Origin: an uncultured Bdellovibrionales bacterium
GTDB taxonomy: Bacteria; Patescibacteriota; Minisyncoccia; Moranbacterales; UBA1568
Assembly (NCBI GenBank): GCA_964594215.1
Contig: CAZQLN010000003.1
Span: 91,447-150,496 of the forward strand
Direction of reading: 5' to 3'
DNA length: 59,050 bases
Position numbers and translations under genes: made by a program
Notes under the pieces: generated by a model
The model's input: the letters and a program-made list of their open reading frames with translations, nothing else
Databases searched by the model: none
Told to the model about the DNA's origin: nothing
Shown here: one piece after another, positions 39,923-47,693 of the stretch
Numbering within the stretch: position 1 is the stretch's first letter
How the letters are laid out: each line of letters opens with the position of its first letter

Positions 39923-40831
39923 TTAAAACCATTTTTTGTAACGAAAGATTACCGTCGTGATAAGAGCGATAACCAGCATGATACCAGCATGGATCCAAAA
40001 AGCATGTGGATTTCTGCCAAAAGGAATACTGGCGCTTATGGCTAGCATACTGGAGTACGCGCTCATCGGCAACATGATGGCCGAAAAGATAGTCAAAACC
40101 TTCATGGTCATGTTGAGTTTATTAGAAAGAAGTGAATTATTGGTGGCTTCAAGGGCTTCAATAGTCTCTTTTTGACTCTCTAAGATATTCCACAAACGGA
40201 TATTGGTACCAATCAAATCCTGAAAATAGACCTTCATATCACTCGGTATATACGGGTAGTCTTTCTGAACTAGAGATTCGATGATAGAGCGCTGTGGTTT
40301 GAGGGTGCGACGGAAATTTAGAATATCTCGTTTCAAGACGGAAATTTCTCGTACCATTTCTTTTTCATTATCGGCAAAGACCTGACTCTCGATATAATCA
40401 AGGCGTTCCGCAGTATGCCGTAGTTTAGGGAAGCAGGATTTAAGTAAAGTTTCAATCACCTGATACATGAGGTGGGCTGGTGTTTCCTCAAGATGGAGAC
40501 GACGCTTACCTTCGCTGTTTGTCAAAGAATCATGGAAACTATGAATCTGATAAATAGGATGCTTATGGCTGGTAATCAAGTGAGTTTTGGTGAGAATAAT
40601 ATCTAACTCACCAGAAAAAGTGGCTCGTTCTTTGGTATCGAAGAGAGGAATATGAATAGAAAGAAAAAGACAGTTTTCATACTGAACTACCTTTGGCTGA
40701 TACGTCGGGGTGATGAGTTCCTCGATAGCCAAGGGGTGGATATTGAAATTTTCTTGTAAATAGGTGATATCTTCCTGGCCGATATCAAGAAAATCAAGCC
40801 AAGCGATGTTTTTATGAGCAACGGTCTTCAT
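39923..40831 (-). CDS. CorA-family divalent cation transporter-like protein lacking the GMN motif
   Basis: CorA-like length and architecture: an N-terminal soluble domain and two C-terminal TM helices. YSSM/LAIS occupies the place of YGMN in LPMSAYSSMLAISASIPFG. Confidence 0.6.
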   Translation of the reverse strand: MKTVAHKNIAWLDFLDIGQEDITYLQENFNIHPLAIEELITPTYQPKVVQYENCLFLSIHIPLFDTKERATFSGELDIILTKTHLITSHKHPIYQIHSFHDSLTNSEGKRRLHLEETPAHLMYQVIETLLKSCFPKLRHTAERLDYIESQVFADNEKEMVREISVLKRDILNFRRTLKPQRSIIESLVQKDYPYIPSDMKVYFQDLIGTNIRLWNILESQKETIEALEATNNSLLSNKLNMTMKVLTIFSAIMLPMSAYSSMLAISASIPFGRNPHAFWIHAGIMLVIALITTVIFRYKKWF

Positions 40832-40915
40832 TTTTTTTATATTCTCCCTTCAGAGGTTTAATCTGGAAGGATTTGGATTTCGAGGTACACCTCAGTATAC
40901 CAAGCTCATAAATGT

Positions 40916-41191
40916 TTGACAAAGGCCAAAAAATGGGGTTATGCTGTAGCGGTGATACGAAAAAGCCTTCTTTTTATCATCACTTTGTATCAGAGGACCA
41001 TTTCGCCCGATCATGGTTTCTTGAAGCGTTTTTTCCCTCTGGGAACCTGTCGCTTTTATCCGTCCTGTAGCGCCTATATGTATGAAGCCATTGAAACTCA
41101 TGGCATGATACATGGAGGGGCTCTGGGACTTCGTCGAATTCTTCGTTGTCATCCTTGGCACGTTGGAGGACACGATCCCGTACCGAAATAG
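40916..41191 (+). CDS. yidD: membrane protein insertion efficiency factor YidD
   Basis: YQRTISP...[19 protein letters not shown]...[15 protein letters not shown]. The start is uncertain (TTG at 40916 or GTG at 40952). Confidence 0.85.
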   Translation: MTKAKKWGYAVAVIRKSLLFIITLYQRTISPDHGFLKRFFPLGTCRFYPSCSAYMYEAIETHGMIHGGALGLRRILRCHPWHVGGHDPVPK

Positions 41192-41226
41192 TCATTTTGA
41201 CAATTGAATATCAGAGGGGTAAATCC

Positions 41227-41430
41227 ATGTATCGAATGTTACGAATGGGTTTAGTTTATGCTGCAGTTAGCTTTGGATTCGCAGCAGTAGCTAGCCCAGC
41301 TTCTGTTATTCTTCCACCAAAAGAGAGACCCTATAAGGTGTCTCGAAAAAAGAGTGGGAAAATTAATGGAAAAAAGAAATATTCACAGAAGGTGAGGAGT
41401 GGTCGTCGCAAGGCAAAAGCAAAACACTAA
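41227..41430 (+). CDS. small secreted polycationic peptide (orphan A)
   Basis: SD GAGGGG 8 nt upstream. Signal-peptide-like N-terminus ending AAVA-SPAS. The tail has about 17 K/R residues in 45 aa. Confidence 0.5.
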   Translation: MYRMLRMGLVYAAVSFGFAAVASPASVILPPKERPYKVSRKKSGKINGKKKYSQKVRSGRRKAKAKH

Positions 41431-41446
41431 CCCGAAAGGGGGTTTT

Positions 41447-41656
41447 ATGCCACCGCATGATTTTCAACACAATCAACGCCTTGTTCGGCATGATGCTGAT
41501 TTTGTAGAAAGAGTCCTCGACTCTTATCCGGAATACAGCCATGTGCCAGGCATGCATCATCTGACTACTCGACTGATGAGTAATCGCGATCGCCGTAGTG
41601 GGTATGGTGATAGTCGGCTCAAGCAGAAGAGGTCTCAGGAAAATAAAGGGGAATAA
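41447..41656 (+). CDS. small His/Arg-rich orphan protein (orphan B)
   Basis: SD AAGGGGG 4-5 nt upstream of the ATG. 69 codons, ending in TAA in the same frame as orphan C. Confidence 0.45.
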   Translation: MPPHDFQHNQRLVRHDADFVERVLDSYPEYSHVPGMHHLTTRLMSNRDRRSGYGDSRLKQKRSQENKGE

Positions 41657-41659
41657 AAT

Positions 41660-41863
41660 TTGGCTCTCTACGATCCACAAGGAACTCATTACCAAGCAAA
41701 GGAACTTATCTTTTGTGAGGTTGCAGAGAAGATGATGATGAGCAGTGCCGCTCGGGAAGCCTATCATCCTACCAAGGGTGTAGGGCCGCCCGGCTACCAA
41801 CCTCCGGTTGTTCGACCGGAAAATACAGTAACCTGTATGGCATGTAAAAACTGCCACCCATAG
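41660..41863 (+). CDS. small Cys-motif orphan protein (orphan C; C-terminal RPEN-x3-CxxCxxC)
   Basis: TTG start with AAAGGGGA upstream; an alternative ATG cluster lies at 41731. The C-terminus is RPENTVTCMACKNCHP. Confidence 0.45.
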   Translation: MALYDPQGTHYQAKELIFCEVAEKMMMSSAAREAYHPTKGVGPPGYQPPVVRPENTVTCMACKNCHP

Positions 41864-41874
41864 GAGTTTTTCCA

Positions 41875-42087
41875 ATGTTTCATTCTGCCATCTATATACC
41901 TGATACGGCGCTCGCTGTCCCAGAAGGATGCGTTCGTTGTTTAGCTTCAGGTGGGGAGATATTACCACTTGAAACTGCCTTCGAGAAAGTCCTCGCTGGT
42001 GATGCTGGCAATGCCATTACGCTGTGCAGGCAACTTTGTGCAACGCCATGCTCACCAGATATCAAGCTCGATGAATTTTTACTTTGA
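41875..42087 (+). CDS. small Cys-rich orphan protein (orphan D; CxxC plus Cx3Cx3C)
   Basis: SD TAGGAG 9 nt upstream. Contains CVRC ... CRQLCATPC. Confidence 0.45.
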   Translation: MFHSAIYIPDTALAVPEGCVRCLASGGEILPLETAFEKVLAGDAGNAITLCRQLCATPCSPDIKLDEFLL

Positions 42088-42107
42088 GAATCAACAAGGA
42101 GGGTACT

Positions 42108-42374
42108 ATGAACAACGCAGGCTTTTTGGGTGAATCTGTCATGTTTGACCTTGACTCTGACAAAAGACGCGGTTGTCAGAGAAGGTTGCCTCATGAGCCA
42201 GTCTATTGTGCGGTTGCCGGAATTGAAGTCACCGTAGCCACTGCACGGATGCAGTACCACTATCGCGGGGGGAAACTCACAGGGGACGTGCCTGTCACTA
42301 ATCCCCGACACACAGCACCTACACGACCAGAAAATCGCGCCCAGTGCTCTTCCTGTGGAAACTGTACTGATTGA
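42108..42374 (+). CDS. small Cys-motif orphan protein (orphan E; C-terminal RPEN-x3-CxxCxxC)
   Basis: SD AAGGAGGG 6 nt upstream. The C-terminus RPENRAQCSSCGNCTD is paralogous to that of orphan C. Confidence 0.5.
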   Translation: MNNAGFLGESVMFDLDSDKRRGCQRRLPHEPVYCAVAGIEVTVATARMQYHYRGGKLTGDVPVTNPRHTAPTRPENRAQCSSCGNCTD

Positions 42375-42396
42375 AAATGACGCAACGCGTCGCCTA

Positions 42397-42430
42397 AAAG
42401 GGTCTTCTTCGGAAGGCCCTTTTACCTTTT
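42397..42430 (+). terminator. rho-independent terminator of the five-ORF operon
   Basis: AAAGGGTCTTC-TTCG-GAAGGCCCTTT (11 bp, one G-U pair), followed by a T-rich tail. Confidence 0.65.
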
Positions 42431-42454
42431 TATAGAGCTATTTTTATACCATAC

Positions 42455-42481
42455 TTAGCACTCTACTTGACAGACTGCTAA
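42455..42481 (+). promoter_or_regulatory. CIRCE operator (HrcA binding site)
   Basis: TTAGCACTC-N9-GACTGCTAA, versus the consensus TTAGCACTC-N9-GAGTGCTAA (one mismatch). Confidence 0.8.
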
Positions 42482-42495
42482 TCACTATTTATACT
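42467..42495 (+). promoter_or_regulatory. sigma70-like promoter of the hrcA operon, overlapping CIRCE
   Basis: TTGACA (42467-72, inside the CIRCE spacer), 17-nt spacer, TATACT (42490-95). Confidence 0.6.
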
Positions 42496-42518
42496 TGAAG
42501 TACCAAAAATAAACGCGT

Positions 42519-43280
42519 ATGAATCAACGTCAACAAGAGGTTCTCAAAGCTATCATTGAACTCTACACCGAGACCGCACAACCAGTCGGTTCGCAGGTTC
42601 TTTTGGAGAACTTCGACTTTGATGTAAGCAGTGCCACCCTCAGGAATGATATGGTTTTTCTTGAGGAAGAGGGTTATCTCTATCAGCCTCATATTTCAGC
42701 CGGACGTATTCCGACTGATCAAGGATACCGCTTCTTTGTTGAAGCGATGGGAGATAAGAGTCTCTCTCGAGAAGAACAGAGTCGTCTCCAAAAGGAACTT
42801 CTCATGCTCAAGGCCAAACACGCTCGTCTCGGTCGTAGTACCGCTAAACTTCTGTCTGCCTTTTCAGGTAACTTAGCTATCACTGGATCAGTCGAACACG
42901 AAGGCCTCTATGATTTCGGGATGAAAGAGATGCTTGAGAAACCAGAATTTCGTGATATTGATGACCTCTGTCGTTTGGTAGAAACGCTTGATTCTCTTGA
43001 TGACACTATAGAAAAGATCACTGAGAATATGCAGACGGGGGAGACACGTATCTTCATCGGAGGTGAAAACCCTATCCACGGTATCGAGAACTGTTCTATG
43101 ATAGTCTCTCCCTACCAAACCAAAGAAGGTACTGCTGTCCTCGCTATTATCGGTCCAAAACGCATGGACTACGCCAAGAATAAATCTTTGATCGAATATA
43201 TGAGCCGACTTCTCTCCAGTTCCCAGAATCTTCTCCCAATTATTATCCTTGCTCCTAATGTTATTTATCTCATTCGTTAA
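42519..43280 (+). CDS. hrcA: heat-inducible transcription repressor HrcA (compact, 253 aa)
   Basis: RQQEVLKAIIELY..TAQPVGSQ and SSATLRNDM.FLEEEGYL.QPH.SAGRIPTDQGYRFFV. Confidence 0.88.
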   Translation: MNQRQQEVLKAIIELYTETAQPVGSQVLLENFDFDVSSATLRNDMVFLEEEGYLYQPHISAGRIPTDQGYRFFVEAMGDKSLSREEQSRLQKELLMLKAKHARLGRSTAKLLSAFSGNLAITGSVEHEGLYDFGMKEMLEKPEFRDIDDLCRLVETLDSLDDTIEKITENMQTGETRIFIGGENPIHGIENCSMIVSPYQTKEGTAVLAIIGPKRMDYAKNKSLIEYMSRLLSSSQNLLPIIILAPNVIYLIR

Positions 43281-43294
43281 ACACACACAAACAT

Positions 43295-43828
43295 ATGCCC
43301 AGAAAGAAACCTACACAAACTGAACCCGCCTCTCATGAAAATGAGAAACCTCTTGAGGTAAGTAAAGAAGAGGAATACCTAAACGACCTCAAGCGCCTGC
43401 AAGCTGATTTTGATAACTATAAGAAGCGTCAAGCTGAAGCAGAGAAATCACTTAAAGGCTATCTCATCGAAGGTTTAGTACTTGATCTCATTCCCGTTCT
43501 GGACAACTTCCATGCTGCCACCATGCATGTACCCGAAGATCAAAAATCAAGCCCTTGGGTAGTGGGGATCCAGTACATAGAGAAACAGCTCGAGACCGTA
43601 CTCACTGAAAATGGTGTAACTATGATTGAACCGACAGTGGGGGAAACATTCGATCCAAAGTTCCATGAGGCTATCGAAAGTATCTCTGGAGAACCAACCA
43701 ATAGTATCTATAAAGTTTTACAAAAGGGCTATCAAATAGGTGAGCGAGTAGTTAGACCAAGCAAAGTAGCCATCTATACTACCCATGAAGCACCTATTCA
43801 AACTGAGAAAGGGGGTGAGAATTCATGA
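43295..43828 (+). CDS. grpE: nucleotide exchange factor GrpE
   Basis: LKRLQADFDNYKKR and FDPKFHEAI. Confidence 0.9.
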   Translation: MPRKKPTQTEPASHENEKPLEVSKEEEYLNDLKRLQADFDNYKKRQAEAEKSLKGYLIEGLVLDLIPVLDNFHAATMHVPEDQKSSPWVVGIQYIEKQLETVLTENGVTMIEPTVGETFDPKFHEAIESISGEPTNSIYKVLQKGYQIGERVVRPSKVAIYTTHEAPIQTEKGGENS

Positions 43829-44241
43829 ATCGTTCACTAATATCCTTTCCATTTAACGACATTGAGCGCTTTTGGGGAGATGATTTCTTCGGTGGAGTAG
43901 CAGAACTCTCTCCGAAGATGGATGTCTACCAAAAAGAAGACTCTGTCATGGTGGAATTACCTCTTCCCGGAATTGACCCAAAAGATGTAAAAATTGTTGT
44001 TGAAAATGATGTTCTTACAGTTAGTGGTCAAACCGAGGAAAAAAAGGAGGTAAAGCGCGAAGATTACTATCGCAAAGAGACTCGCTCAGGCCATTTCACA
44101 CGATCAGTAGTGCTCCCAATGCCAGTGAAAAATGCTGAAGCTCAAGCTCGTTACGATAAGGGAATCCTCACTATTGAGCTCCCAAAAGACGAACAAGCTA
44201 AACCAAAACAAATTGCGATTGAAATCGCAAGTGAGAAGTAA
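43825..44241 (+). CDS. Hsp20/alpha-crystallin small heat shock protein
   Basis: PKMDVYQKEDSVMVELPLPG..KDVKI.VENDVLTVSG and GILTIELPK. 4-nt overlap with grpE. Confidence 0.88.
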   Translation: MNRSLISFPFNDIERFWGDDFFGGVAELSPKMDVYQKEDSVMVELPLPGIDPKDVKIVVENDVLTVSGQTEEKKEVKREDYYRKETRSGHFTRSVVLPMPVKNAEAQARYDKGILTIELPKDEQAKPKQIAIEIASEK

Positions 44242-44343
44242 TCTCGCACAAGGGGAAGGCAGACAACTGCTTTCTCCAAAGAGCGAGACCACTCTCTCAA
44301 AATAAATATATTTATTTGTAATTAATGTAACCAATTTAATTTT

Positions 44344-46257
44344 ATGGCTAAGATATTAGGAATCGATCTCGGTACCACCAACTCCGCTATGGCGGTAGTC
44401 GAAGGTGGGCAACCAGTCATCATCGAGAACAAAGAGGGAAATCGTACCACCCCTTCGATGGTGGCTATGTCCAAGACCAATGAGCGTCTTGTAGGACTTC
44501 TCGCGAAACGCCAAGCCGTTACCAACTCAGGTGACACGCTCTTTTCTATTAAGCGTCTGATCGGACGTCACTTTAATGATGAAGAGGTAGCTAAAGACCA
44601 AAAGACCATGCCGTATAAAATCGTCAAGGCAGGGGAAGGAATCAAGGTAGTCATGGGAGGCAAAGAATACACTCCTCAGGAAATCAGTGCCATGATCTTG
44701 AGTAAACTCAAGGCCGATGCTGAAGAAAAACTCGGAGAGAAAATTACCGAAGCCGTTATCACCGTACCAGCCTATTTCGATGATTCACAGCGTAAGGCGA
44801 CCATGGAAGCTGGTGAAATCGCTGGACTTAACGTCCGTCGTATCATCAATGAGCCGACTGCCGCTGCTCTTGCTTATGGTTTTAACAAAAAGAAAGATGA
44901 GAAAATCGCTGTCTACGACCTCGGTGGTGGAACATTCGATATCTCAATCCTCGAAGTAGCTGAAGATACCGTTGAAGTGAAATCTACCAATGGTGATACT
45001 CACCTCGGAGGTGATGACTTCGACCAACGTATCATTCACTGGATTATTGATGAATTCAAGAAAAGTGAAGGTATCGACCTTGGTAAAGACGCTCTTGCAT
45101 TGCAGCGTATCAAGGAGGCCGCTGAGAAAGCTAAGATTGAACTCTCTACTGCCCAAGAAACAGAAATCAACCAACCATTCATCACGAGTGATGCTAATGG
45201 TCCGAAACACTTAGTCTTGAAGATGAGTCGCGCTAAGCTCGAAGAATTGGTTCATGATCTTGTAGAAGCCTCTCTTGAACCAGTAAAGAAGGCTCTGGCT
45301 GATGCTAAACTCAAGGCCAGTGATATCAACGAGGTAGTCTTGGTTGGAGGTATGACTCGTATGCCACTCGTGCTCTCTACTGTTGAGAAATTCTTCGGCA
45401 AGAAACCAAATATCACCGTGAATCCGGATGAAGTAGTGGCTATGGGTGCTGCTATCCAAGGTGGTGTACTCGAAGGTAGTGTCAAAGATGTACTCTTGCT
45501 TGATGTCACTCCACTCACATTCGGTATCGAAACCATGGGAGGAGTGCGTACTCCACTTATTGATCGCAACACCACTGTACCAGTAAGCCGTAGTCAGGTA
45601 TTCTCTACCGCTGCTGATAACCAACCCTCAGTAGAAATCCATGTTCTCCAGGGAGAGCGTGAGATGGCTAATGACAACAAATCTCTCGGAAGATTCATCC
45701 TTGATGGTATTCCACCAGCACCGCGTGGAGTCCCTCAGATCGAAGTTAGTTTCGACATTGATGCTTCAGGTATTCTCTCTGTGACTGCCAAGGATAAGGC
45801 AACCAACAAAACCCAGTCTATCCGTATCGAAGCGTCTACCGGTCTTTCTAAGGAGGAAATCGAGCGTATGCAAAAAGATGCTGAACTCCATGCTGAAGAA
45901 GATAAGGCTAAAAAGGAACTGATTGAAGCTCGTAACATGGCAGATACACTCTCATACACCACCGAGAAGGCCATCAAAGACGCTGGAGACAAACTCACAG
46001 CCGAAGAGAAACAACCAGTTGAAGACGCTATTACGGAGCTTAATAAAGTCAAGAATGGAGATGATCTCGAAGCCATCAAAAAGGCTACCGAAGAACTCTC
46101 TACCAAGGCCCAAGCTATTGGTCAGAAGCTCTATGCGGCAGCTAACGAACAACCCACAACTGACAACTCACAACCCGGACAAGAGGGGACTGAGGAGCAG
46201 CCTAAGGAAGCCGAAGTGGAAACTGAGGCTCCAAAGGAAGACGAAGCAAGTAAATAA
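44344..46257 (+). CDS. dnaK: molecular chaperone DnaK
   Basis: [17 protein letters not shown] and [10 protein letters not shown] motifs. Confidence 0.98.
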   Translation: MAKILGIDLGTTNSAMAVVEGGQPVIIENKEGNRTTPSMVAMSKTNERLVGLLAKRQAVTNSGDTLFSIKRLIGRHFNDEEVAKDQKTMPYKIVKAGEGIKVVMGGKEYTPQEISAMILSKLKADAEEKLGEKITEAVITVPAYFDDSQRKATMEAGEIAGLNVRRIINEPTAAALAYGFNKKKDEKIAVYDLGGGTFDISILEVAEDTVEVKSTNGDTHLGGDDFDQRIIHWIIDEFKKSEGIDLGKDALALQRIKEAAEKAKIELSTAQETEINQPFITSDANGPKHLVLKMSRAKLEELVHDLVEASLEPVKKALADAKLKASDINEVVLVGGMTRMPLVLSTVEKFFGKKPNITVNPDEVVAMGAAIQGGVLEGSVKDVLLLDVTPLTFGIETMGGVRTPLIDRNTTVPVSRSQVFSTAADNQPSVEIHVLQGEREMANDNKSLGRFILDGIPPAPRGVPQIEVSFDIDASGILSVTAKDKATNKTQSIRIEASTGLSKEEIERMQKDAELHAEEDKAKKELIEARNMADTLSYTTEKAIKDAGDKLTAEEKQPVEDAITELNKVKNGDDLEAIKKATEELSTKAQAIGQKLYAAANEQPTTDNSQPGQEGTEEQPKEAEVETEAPKEDEASK

Positions 46258-46270
46258 GGTGTAATAAAAG

Positions 46271-46296
46271 CGGAGGGTTTTCCCTCCGTTTTATTT
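46271..46296 (+). terminator. rho-independent terminator after dnaK
   Basis: CGGAGGG-TTTT-CCCTCCG followed by TTTTATTT. Confidence 0.7.
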
Positions 46297-46308
46297 AATT
46301 AAAATATT

Positions 46309-46608
46309 ATGGAATCATCTCAAAACAATCAGACTCAGCCACAGATCAAAGCCAACGATGAAATCTTGAAAGGGGAGTATGCGAACGCTATGCAGGTGAT
46401 GCATACTAAGGAAGAATTTGTCATGGACTTTATATCCAACCTGCCACCGATTGCCAGTCTTGTCAGTCGCGTGATTATCTCTCCTGGTCAGATGAAACTG
46501 ATTGCCAAAGCTCTTAATGAAAATATCAAAAAATACGAAGAGCAATTCGGCTCTGTCACGCCATCCGAAGAACCCAAAAACACCATTGGCTTTCAAGCAG
46601 GGGAATAA
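46309..46608 (+). CDS. DUF3467-like small protein
   Basis: YANAMQVMHTKEEFVMDF ... ISP pattern typical of DUF3467. Confidence 0.55.
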   Translation: MESSQNNQTQPQIKANDEILKGEYANAMQVMHTKEEFVMDFISNLPPIASLVSRVIISPGQMKLIAKALNENIKKYEEQFGSVTPSEEPKNTIGFQAGE

Positions 46609-46615
46609 GTAAATG

Positions 46616-46650
46616 AAAAAGGCGCCCGCATTACTGTAAGCGCCCTTTTT
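46616..46650. terminator. bidirectional terminator T1 (paralogous to T2)
   Basis: AAAAAGGCGC ... GCGCCCTTTTT hairpin. The flank CAAGCGTTGT matches the T2 flank CAAACGTTGT. Confidence 0.6.
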
Positions 46651-46671
46651 CAAGCGTTGTTGAATTCCTCT

Positions 46672-47178
46672 CTATACTTGAAGCTCGTCATCATCATTCC
46701 AGGGGAGTCGGGCAATCATTTCAGCACCACCCTGTGGACGGTATTTTTCCTGAATAAGCATCTCAATTTTGTCGACAGTAACCTCTCCATTGATAAACAT
46801 TTGCATCACCAAACGATTGATGAGTGGCTCAATTTTTTCGACTCGTGCCATATACCAGTTCTGGGCTCTGACCTTTTGGCGCCGTACTTTGGCATCATAC
46901 CGTTCTCCCATGAGTTTTTCGAGTTTTTCTCGTGGAATTGCCCAGACTGACCGATCACTCCGCGTGATATCCCAAACGAATACTTCCTGAATGATATTGC
47001 CAGGAAAATGAGTGTGCATAATAGCAACCGTAAGTTGCATATAGCCAGATAACTCTCCGGCTTCCATTTTGACGTCAGCGTGTATCGAAAACTGAGTATC
47101 TGTGGAGATAAACATATTCCGATGAAAAAATGTGAATGGTCGCAAGTTTAGATTGGTTTTTTCTGTCGTTTCAGACAT
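46672..47178 (-). CDS. orphan 168-aa protein
   Basis: SD AAAGGGG upstream of the ATG. No family recognised. Soluble, with a charged C-terminus NDDDELQV. Confidence 0.5.
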   Translation of the reverse strand: MSETTEKTNLNLRPFTFFHRNMFISTDTQFSIHADVKMEAGELSGYMQLTVAIMHTHFPGNIIQEVFVWDITRSDRSVWAIPREKLEKLMGERYDAKVRRQKVRAQNWYMARVEKIEPLINRLVMQMFINGEVTVDKIEMLIQEKYRPQGGAEMIARLPWNDDDELQV

Positions 47179-47203
47179 GATTCTATAACCCCTTTGTTAA
47201 GTA

Positions 47204-47318
47204 AACTTGGCTTAGTTCTAGCACCTATGAAATAGATAGTCAATTACCTCTATCCTATTGACTTTTGATCGAAACAGAGCTACTTTCTAGTCACGTGTTC
47301 CATAAAAACAAGGAGAGG
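47204..47318. promoter_or_regulatory. bidirectional promoter cassette, copy 1
   Basis: AACTTGGC (47204), GTCAATT (47239; TTGAC on the minus strand), TTGACT (47258)-17 nt-TACTTT, then CTAGTCACGT and AAGGAGAGG. Collinear with copy 2. Confidence 0.5.
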
Positions 47319-47322
47319 TTTG

Positions 47323-47607
47323 ATGGCCACTATCGGTACGGTGCTCTATTTTGGCACTCTATTTCTGGGCCTCTTCCTCTGGTCCAGTTGGAAGAAGTCT
47401 AGCGAACTTGGTTATCGCAGTGCCCGCAGCCGCCTTATGTACGTGGCAATTCAGACACGAGCAGGTGGCAAGATTCTTCTCTACGTCTGCCTCGCCATTC
47501 TGGCGATCTGGGGTTTTGTCAGCATCTTGAATTGGGCTATAAGCTCGTGCATAGAGCTCATTCCTTCGGGTATTGATCTCACGAAACCAAGTCTGCCAGA
47601 ACACTAA
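47323..47607 (+). CDS. small membrane protein (94 aa, 2 TM), orphan
   Basis: SD AAGGAGAGG. Two hydrophobic helices separated by a basic loop. Confidence 0.5.
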   Translation: MATIGTVLYFGTLFLGLFLWSSWKKSSELGYRSARSRLMYVAIQTRAGGKILLYVCLAILAIWGFVSILNWAISSCIELIPSGIDLTKPSLPEH

Positions 47608-47636
47608 ACTACACTCTCTTGCTCAAAGAGCAATAA

Positions 47637-47673
47637 GAAAAGGCGCCTCCCACGAATGTGAGGGCGCCTTTTT
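47637..47673. terminator. bidirectional terminator T2 (paralogous to T1)
   Basis: AAAAGGCGCCTC ... GAGGGCGCCTTTTT hairpin. Confidence 0.6.
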
Positions 47674-47693
47674 CCAAACGTTGTCGGTTGTAA

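Noticed and set aside
41363-42311. Long minus-strand ORFs (201 aa at 41363..41968; 139 aa at 41892..42311) opposite the five-gene micro-operon.
   Set aside because: Both begin at GTG with poor or no SD. Their Ser/Leu/His-rich products look like antisense translations, and they run across three different + strand frames. In contrast, every + strand ORF has a strong SD, tight spacing and a shared terminator. I kept this as the explicit alternative to test.
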